NCBI GenBank assembly: GCA_965237415.1
Contig: CBDEFM010000002.1
Location: forward strand, 224,001 to 288,000
Reading direction: 5' to 3'
DNA: 64,000 nt
Source of the DNA: Alphaproteobacteria bacterium
GTDB taxonomy: Bacteria > Pseudomonadota > Alphaproteobacteria > UBA828
The notes beneath the pieces are model-generated. The model was given only the letters and a program-made list of their open reading frames with translations, made no database searches and had not been told where the DNA came from. Of this stretch, positions 57,783 through 64,000 are shown piece by piece. Numbering within the stretch: the stretch's first letter is position 1; each line of letters begins with the position of its first letter. The position numbers were made by a program, and so were the translations under genes.

Positions 57783-59774
57783 CTACATGCCGTAGTGCGG
57801 GCGGCGCTCGTTACTGCCCACGAGGGCGCGGTAGCGCGCCAACGCCCAGAGCGGGAAATAGGCACTGTAGCCGTGGTAGCGGAGATAGAAGACGCGGGGG
57901 AAGCCGACTGCGGTGTATTCGTCCTCCCGCCACATGGCACCCTGCCGCTCCGCGCGGCAGAGATAGGCGATACCGCGCCGCACTGCGTCGCTCCCGACCT
58001 CACCCACGGCCATCAGCGCGAGCAGCGCCCATGCCGTCTGCGATGGAGTGGAGATCGCCTCGAAGGAGCGCTCGATGCGCTCGGCATAGTAGCTGTCCCC
58101 CGTTTCGCCCCAGCCGCCGTCGGCACGCTGCTTGGCTTCGAGCCAGGCGACCGCCTTGCGGATGGCGGGCGACGCCGGGTCTTCGCCGGCGGCGTTCAAT
58201 GCGCAGAGCACCGACCAGGTGCCGTAAATGTAGTTGGTCCCCCAGCGGCCGAACCAGGAGCCGTTCTCTTCCTGGTCGGCGAGCAGATAGTCGATGCCCT
58301 TGGCAACGGTGTCATGCTCGCGCGCATAGCCGATCTGACAGAGGAAACTCACGCAGCGCGCGCTGACATCGGCAGTAGCCGGGTCGAGGAGAGCCCCGTG
58401 GTCGGCGAAGGGGATGCGGTTGAGATGATAGTGCTCGTTCCCGGCGTCGAAGGAGCCCCAGCCGCCGTTCTCGTTCTGCATGGCGACGATCCACGCGGCC
58501 GACCGCTCGATCGCCTCGCGGTGCGCCTCGGGATCGGCCCGGTGGAGCGCCATGCCCACGACCGCCGTGTCGTCCACGTCCGGGTAGTAATCATTGCGGT
58601 ACTGAAAGGCCCAGCCTCCCGGCGGCGCATCGGGCCGAGTCTCTGCCCAATCGCCTTCGACATCGAGGATCTGAAGGTCGGTGAGCCAGGGGAGGGAGTC
58701 GAGGGCCGCGCGCTGCTCGGCCTCGCCGCCGCATTCCATCAGGCTCTGCGCTGCGAGCCCCGTGTCCCAAATCGGCGAGACGCAGGGCTGAACGTACTGG
58801 CTATCGCCGACCGGCTCGGTCACCAGCAATTCGATCGCGCGGCGGGCGGTGCGGCGCGCCGGGTGGTCCGGTGGGTAGCCCAGTGTGTCGAAGGCCATCA
58901 GGACGTTGGCCATCGGCGGAAAGATCCCGCCGAGGCCGTCCTCGCCGTTGAGCCTCGTCATGCACCAGTCGAGCGCTTTGTCGATGGCGCGCCGTCGCAA
59001 CGCTCGCGGCGTCGACCACTCGCCGAGCGCGATCGCGCGGTCGAGGGTCAGGAAGAACCATTCGGTGGCGGTCCGCCTCGGGAAATAGTGCCATTCCCGT
59101 TCCGGCGGAGTGGCGAACAGCTCCGCGATCCCGATGCCCCGCGGGTTTCTCGCCCTGGGCTTGAGTGCGAGCAGGATCGTGAGCGGCACGATGGTGGTGC
59201 GCGACCAGTAGGAGACCTTGCTCAGGTGGAAGGGAAACCACCGCGGCAGGAGCATGATCTCCACCGGCATCGCCGGCACAGCCCGCCAGGGCACCTGGCC
59301 GAAGAGGGCGAGGGTGATCCGCGTGAACACGTTGCACCGCGCCGCGCCGCCGGCGGCGAGCACGGCCTTGCGCGCCCGCACCATGTGCGGCGCTTCCGGG
59401 TCGTCGCCGATCAGCTTGAGCGCGAAGTAGGCCTTGACGGTGCAGCTTATGTCGAGCGCGCCGCCATGAAAGAGCGGCCAGCCGCCGTGATCGCCTTGCC
59501 GGGCGCGTATGTAGGTGCCGAGCCGCGCCTCGGTCTCGGGATCGATCTCATCCAGGAAGTGGTTGAGGAGGATGTATTCGGCGGGAATGCTCGCGTCCGC
59601 TTCGAGCTCGAACACCCAATGGCCGTCGTCGCGCTGGAGGCCGCGCAGGCCGGCAGACGCCTCGTCGATGACCTGCTCGATGCCGGGGGCGGGAATAGTG
59701 CCGTCTGGGCTGTCCGACGGCGGGCGGACGATGGTCTCACTTCGCCGGTCTGGCCCGGCGCGTGCAACCTCCAT
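57783..59774 (-). CDS. shc: Squalene--hopene cyclase
   Basis: DGHWVFELEAD, QPCVSPIWDT, YPDVDDTA (DxDD), GSWFGRWG and DGGWGE QW repeats. Confidence 0.96.
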   Translation of the reverse strand: MEVARAGPDRRSETIVRPPSDSPDGTIPAPGIEQVIDEASAGLRGLQRDDGHWVFELEADASIPAEYILLNHFLDEIDPETEARLGTYIRARQGDHGGWPLFHGGALDISCTVKAYFALKLIGDDPEAPHMVRARKAVLAAGGAARCNVFTRITLALFGQVPWRAVPAMPVEIMLLPRWFPFHLSKVSYWSRTTIVPLTILLALKPRARNPRGIGIAELFATPPEREWHYFPRRTATEWFFLTLDRAIALGEWSTPRALRRRAIDKALDWCMTRLNGEDGLGGIFPPMANVLMAFDTLGYPPDHPARRTARRAIELLVTEPVGDSQYVQPCVSPIWDTGLAAQSLMECGGEAEQRAALDSLPWLTDLQILDVEGDWAETRPDAPPGGWAFQYRNDYYPDVDDTAVVGMALHRADPEAHREAIERSAAWIVAMQNENGGWGSFDAGNEHYHLNRIPFADHGALLDPATADVSARCVSFLCQIGYAREHDTVAKGIDYLLADQEENGSWFGRWGTNYIYGTWSVLCALNAAGEDPASPAIRKAVAWLEAKQRADGGWGETGDSYYAERIERSFEAISTPSQTAWALLALMAVGEVGSDAVRRGIAYLCRAERQGAMWREDEYTAVGFPRVFYLRYHGYSAYFPLWALARYRALVGSNERRPHYGM

Positions 59775-59781
59775 GGGCCCG

Positions 59782-61695
59782 TCAGGCGCGCCGCGGCATG
59801 GTGGCCGAGTTGCTGCCGAGGGCAGAGAGCGCCATGTCGACAATGTGGCCGGCGGTCAGCCCCGCGTCCTCGTACATGCCGGCCGGCGTGCCGTGCGCAA
59901 CGAAGCGGTCCGGCAGCAGCATCGGCCTGATCTTGAGGCCGGCGTCCATGAAGCCGGCCATGGCCAGGAACTGCATGACATGCGCGCCGAAGCCGCCGAT
60001 CGATCCTTCCTCGATCGTGATCAGCACCTCATGCTCCCGCGCCAACAGGCGGATCAGGTCCTCGTCCAGCGGCTTGGCGAAGCGGGCGTCGGCAACCGTG
60101 GTGGAGAGACCCCGCGCCTGCAGCTCGTCCGCCGCACCGAGCGCCTCCTGCAACCGACCGCCGAGGGAGAGGATCGCGATCGTCGTTCCCTCGCGGATGA
60201 TCCGCCCCTTGCCGATCTCCAGCATTTTCGGATGCTCCGGCAGCGGCACGCCGGCGCCTTCGCCGCGCGGGTAGCGGAAGGCGCTGGGGCGGTCGTCGAT
60301 CTTCGCCGCCGTGTGCACCATGTGGACGAGCTCCGCCTCGTCCGCCGCAGCCATGACGACGAAGCCCGGCAGCGTCGCGAGATAGGTGATGTCGAAGCTG
60401 CCCGCGTGCGTCGGCCCGTCGGCGCCCACCAAGCCGGCGCGGTCGATCGCGAAGCGAACCGGCAGCCTCTGGATCGCCACGTCGTGCACCACCTGGTCGT
60501 AGGCACGCTGGAGAAAGGTGGAATAGATCGCCGCGAACGGCTTCAACCCCTCCGTAGCCAGCCCCGCCGCGAAGGTGACGCAGTGCTGCTCCGCGATGCC
60601 CACATCGAAGCAGCGTGTGGGGTGCGCCTTGGCGAACTTATCGAGCCCGGTGCCGGACGGCATGGCGGCGGTCAGCGCCACGATCTTCTCGTCGCGGTCG
60701 GCCTCCTTGATCAGGCTCTGGGCGAACACGTTGGTATAGCTCGGCGCCTTGGGCTTGCTCTTCTTCTGCTCGCCCGTCACCACGTCGAACTTGCCGAGCG
60801 CATGGCCGCGGTCCGGCGCGTTCTCGGCGGGCTCATAGCCCTTGCCCTTGCTGGTGACGACGTGCAGCAGCACCGGCCCCGGCGTCTCGTCCCTGCGCAC
60901 GTTGCGGAGCACCGGGATCAGGTGCTCGAGATTGTGGCCGTCGATCGGCCCGATGTAGAAGAAGCCCAGCTCCTCGAAGAGGGTGCCGCCGGTGACCATG
61001 CCGCGGGAATACTCCTCGGCCCGCATCGCGGCATCGCCCATTGCCTTGGGCAGCCTGCGCGCCCACTGCTTGCCGAGCTCGCGCAGGCTGCGGAACTGGT
61101 GGCTGGACAGCAGCCGCGAGAGATAGGCGTTGAGCGCGCCCACCGCCGGCGCGATCGACATCTCGTTGTCATTGAGGATGACGATGAGGCGCGGCGGCAT
61201 GGAGCCCGCATTGTTCATCGCCTCATAGGCCATGCCGCCCGACATGGCGCCGTCGCCGATGACGCAGACGACGTTGCGCGCTTCGCCCTTGAGGCTGCTC
61301 GCCACCGCCATGCCGAGCCCGGCCGAGATCGACGTGGACGAATGCGCCGCGCCGAAGGGGTCGTATTCGCTCTCGGTCCGTTTGGTGAAGCCGTAGAGCC
61401 CGCCAGGCTGGCGGATGGTGCGAATCCGGTCGCGCCGGCCGGTAATGATCTTGTGCGGGTAGGACTGGTGCCCGACGTCCCAGATCAAGCGGTCGCGGGG
61501 CGTGTCGAACACGTGGTGGAGGGCAATCGTCAGCTCGACCACGCCAAGCCCGGCACCCAGATGGCCGCCGGTCTCCGAGACCGCGTCAACGGTCTCGGCC
61601 CGCAGCTCCTCGGCAACCTTCTTCAGGTCCTTGATCGAGAGGTTGCGCAAGTCTTCGGGGCTCTTCACGCGATCCAGATGCGGCGTCTCCGGCAT
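59782..61695 (-). CDS. dxs: 1-deoxy-D-xylulose-5-phosphate synthase
   Basis: [23 protein letters not shown]...[28 protein letters not shown]. Confidence 0.97.
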   Translation of the reverse strand: MPETPHLDRVKSPEDLRNLSIKDLKKVAEELRAETVDAVSETGGHLGAGLGVVELTIALHHVFDTPRDRLIWDVGHQSYPHKIITGRRDRIRTIRQPGGLYGFTKRTESEYDPFGAAHSSTSISAGLGMAVASSLKGEARNVVCVIGDGAMSGGMAYEAMNNAGSMPPRLIVILNDNEMSIAPAVGALNAYLSRLLSSHQFRSLRELGKQWARRLPKAMGDAAMRAEEYSRGMVTGGTLFEELGFFYIGPIDGHNLEHLIPVLRNVRRDETPGPVLLHVVTSKGKGYEPAENAPDRGHALGKFDVVTGEQKKSKPKAPSYTNVFAQSLIKEADRDEKIVALTAAMPSGTGLDKFAKAHPTRCFDVGIAEQHCVTFAAGLATEGLKPFAAIYSTFLQRAYDQVVHDVAIQRLPVRFAIDRAGLVGADGPTHAGSFDITYLATLPGFVVMAAADEAELVHMVHTAAKIDDRPSAFRYPRGEGAGVPLPEHPKMLEIGKGRIIREGTTIAILSLGGRLQEALGAADELQARGLSTTVADARFAKPLDEDLIRLLAREHEVLITIEEGSIGGFGAHVMQFLAMAGFMDAGLKIRPMLLPDRFVAHGTPAGMYEDAGLTAGHIVDMALSALGSNSATMPRRA

Positions 61696-61940
61696 GGCTC
61701 CCTCTCCGTGGCGGCTCACCGTTCGGCCCGTCGCGCGGCCTGATTCTCACGAGACCAGCATGACCAAACTACTACAAAGGGCAACCTCGTCAAACGACCT
61801 GTCATGCACCGCCGTCATAAGCGCGTGAGCGCGAATCGGGCCAGCCTCGTGTGCCATAATTGCACCATGCACCGCCTTGGGGAAGTCGGTTTGCCAATGT
61901 ATTCTGAGGCCCCGTCCAAGGCCTTGAGCGGGCCTAGAAA

Positions 61941-63119
61941 ATGCGAAATCTCGACGACGATCCCCCGATTATCACGCTCAGCGCAGGGCCGGTCGATGCG
62001 TACCCCGTGGTCCTGCGCGCACTCTCGCGGCCCGTCACCTACGACTTCGATCCGTCCTTCCAGCAGTTCTACGAATCGACCGTCCTCAAGACCGCCGAGT
62101 CGCTGCGCACCGCGCTGCCGCCGGTGATCCTGCAGGGCGAGCCGGTGCTGGGCCTCGAAGCCGCGGCTGCCGCCCTGATCGGCGCCGACGACGTGGTCCT
62201 GAACCTTGCGTCGGGCGAATACGGCAAGGGCTTCGGCTTCTGGGCGGCGCGCCATTGCCGGGAGCTGGTCGAGATCGAGGTGCCCTACGACGACGCCATC
62301 GATCCCGAGGCGGTCAGCGACATGCTGAAGACCCGGCCGGAAATCCGCGTTCTCTCCGTCTGCCACCACGATACGCCGTCGGGAACCGTCAACCCGGTGC
62401 ACGAGATCGGCGCCATTTGCCGCGCGCATGACGTGTTGACCATCGTGGACGCCGTCTCCTCCTTCGGCGGCATGGACGTTCATCCGGAGGATGTGAACGC
62501 TGACATATTCGTGACCAGCCCCAGCAAGTGCCTGGGCGGGAGCACGGGTCTTTGCATCGTCCACGTCAGCGAGCGCGCCTGGGCGAAAATCGACGCCAAC
62601 CCCGCCGCGCCCTCAGGCTCCGTGCTCAGCCTCAAGGACTGGCGGGACGCGTGGCGCTCGGATGTCCTCTTCCCCTTCACGCCGTCGGTATCCGAGGTCC
62701 ATGCGCTGGACGCTGCCGTGCAGAACTACCTCGACGAGGGGTCGGAGGCGGTGTGGGCGCGTCACGCGCTGACAGCACGCGCCTGCCGCGCCGGAGTCCG
62801 AGCCATGGGGCTCGACCTCTGGCCCGTGCGCGAATCCATCTGCGCCGATACGGCGACCACGGTGCGGGTGCCGGCGGGCCTGGAGGATGAGGCGATCCGG
62901 CAGGAGGCGCGCCGGCGCTACGGCGTGGTCTTCTCGGCGGGCCGGGGCTCGCTGCTCGGCAAGCTCGTGCGAATCGGCCACATGGGGCCGGTGGCGCGGC
63001 CGATCTATGCGGTTGTTGCTGTCACCGCGCTCGGCGGCGCCATTGCGGCGCTGGGCGGGCGGGCCGACGTGGGGGCGGGCGTCGAGGCGGCGCTCGCGGC
63101 GATCGACGGCGCCGGGTAG
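61941..63119 (+). CDS. ppaT: Pyridoxamine--pyruvate aminotransferase-like (class V PLP-fold aminotransferase)
   Basis: ITLSAGPV, GEPVLGLEAAAA, YGKGFGFWA, VCHHDTPSG, DAVSSFGG, KCLG, FPFTPSVSE, RIGHMGP; closely resembles Mesorhizobium PPAT as I recall it. Confidence 0.78.
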   Translation: MRNLDDDPPIITLSAGPVDAYPVVLRALSRPVTYDFDPSFQQFYESTVLKTAESLRTALPPVILQGEPVLGLEAAAAALIGADDVVLNLASGEYGKGFGFWAARHCRELVEIEVPYDDAIDPEAVSDMLKTRPEIRVLSVCHHDTPSGTVNPVHEIGAICRAHDVLTIVDAVSSFGGMDVHPEDVNADIFVTSPSKCLGGSTGLCIVHVSERAWAKIDANPAAPSGSVLSLKDWRDAWRSDVLFPFTPSVSEVHALDAAVQNYLDEGSEAVWARHALTARACRAGVRAMGLDLWPVRESICADTATTVRVPAGLEDEAIRQEARRRYGVVFSAGRGSLLGKLVRIGHMGPVARPIYAVVAVTALGGAIAALGGRADVGAGVEAALAAIDGAG

Positions 63120-63134
63120 GGGATCGACGCCGGG

Positions 63135-64000
63135 TCAGAGCCCCGGAAGGACCTCACGCCCGAATACGTCAAGCTGCTCCGGCAGCTCTTCCGAGGGAAC
63201 GACGCAGAGGACGACACGGGTCGCGCCTGCGTCGAAGAGTGCCTCGATGCCGGCGCGGCAGTCCTCGGGCCGGCCGGCGACCGCGAGCCAGTCCAGCCAG
63301 TCGTCCGGCATGTCGGCTTCGATCGCCGCGGCGCCGCCGGCCTCCATCATCGCAACGAGGGCCTCGTTGGCGTCATAGACGCCGGTGATCAGCGTCGGTC
63401 CCATGGCCTCCAGATAGAACGCGATCACAGGGCGAACCTTGGCGCGGGCGGCGGCCGGGTCCTCGCTCACGCCGGCGAGGGCGTAGACCACCATCGCGAA
63501 TTCCTCGGGCAGCCCCTGCGCGCGCCGGACCCGCGCAATTCGTTCTCTGATCGTCGCAACGTAGTGCGGCCCTGCGAGCACCGAGAGGACCATGCCGTCC
63601 GCAATCTCGGCGCAAAGATCGACCGACTTCGGTCCGACTGCCGCCCCCAGCACCTTGAGGTCGGGCGCGGGGTGCGTCAGTGCGACCCGATCGTAGCCAT
63701 AGTAGGCGCCGGCCTGGGTCAGGCTCTCGCCCGCGAGCAGCCGCTTCACGTCCGTGATCGCTTCGCGCAGGGAGCTCATGACCGATTGGGGGGTGAGGTG
63801 CATTTGCGCGACCCAGGCGGGAACGCCGTGGCCGATGCCGAGCGTGAAACGGCCGGGATAGGCGTTGGCCAGCGTCGACGCCTCCATGGCGGTGACGGCC
63901 GGATGGCGCACCCGGTTGGAGACCGCGCCGATCCCCACATCGATCGCCTCGGTGGCCTGCAGCGCGATGCCGGCGCTCGCGAAGCCAGAGAGCATGAAAT
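63135..64000 (-). CDS. LLM class flavin-dependent oxidoreductase, 5' end beyond window
   Basis: RHPAVTAMEASTL...PGRFTLGIGHG, AAVGPKSVDLCAEIADG. Confidence 0.88.
   Translation of the reverse strand, partial: FMLSGFASAGIALQATEAIDVGIGAVSNRVRHPAVTAMEASTLANAYPGRFTLGIGHGVPAWVAQMHLTPQSVMSSLREAITDVKRLLAGESLTQAGAYYGYDRVALTHPAPDLKVLGAAVGPKSVDLCAEIADGMVLSVLAGPHYVATIRERIARVRRAQGLPEEFAMVVYALAGVSEDPAAARAKVRPVIAFYLEAMGPTLITGVYDANEALVAMMEAGGAAAIEADMPDDWLDWLAVAGRPEDCRAGIEALFDAGATRVVLCVVPSEELPEQLDVFGREVLPGL

Noticed and set aside
112-61743. Many long alternative-frame ORFs (e.g. 112..1065, 34208..36625, 40208..42859, 57627..59930, 59515..61743)
   Set aside because: They are antisense or shifted shadows of well-supported genes, expected in GC-rich DNA with strong codon bias, and show no family motifs.
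1-64000. tRNA, rRNA, CRISPR arrays, prophage genes
   Set aside because: None recognised by eye on either strand.

Overview
A 64-kb, GC-rich chromosomal segment, most likely from an alphaproteobacterium (class I LysRS, secB-fxsA/Tim44-mltA-Smr block, serS-surE-nlpD, tatABC, hopanoid genes). Housekeeping blocks alternate with transport and catabolic genes: a TRAP system, LIV-type and polar amino acid ABC systems, pcaF, lutABC, a dimethylformamidase-like pair, amiE, a dihydropyrimidinase, pxpBC and ppaT. The accessory content comprises three complete type II toxin-antitoxin pairs plus one truncated pair, one IS1202-like (ISNCY) element with a 17-bp target duplication, and two genes shortened by large internal deletions (adenine deaminase and a TonB-dependent receptor). 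The most striking unexplained structure is at 1.5-3.5 kb: the last ~50 bp of an SDR gene occur three times as degenerate direct repeats. They bracket a TA cassette and a lipoprotein cassette, the second copy differs almost only at synonymous positions, the original terminator follows the last copy, and no integrase is present in the window. Weaker gene-end echoes occur after lysS and tatB and around the cutA/pxpB TA pairs. The DMFase large-subunit gene is flanked by two divergent small-subunit homologues. All calls come from reading the sequence and recognising protein motifs; no searches were run.
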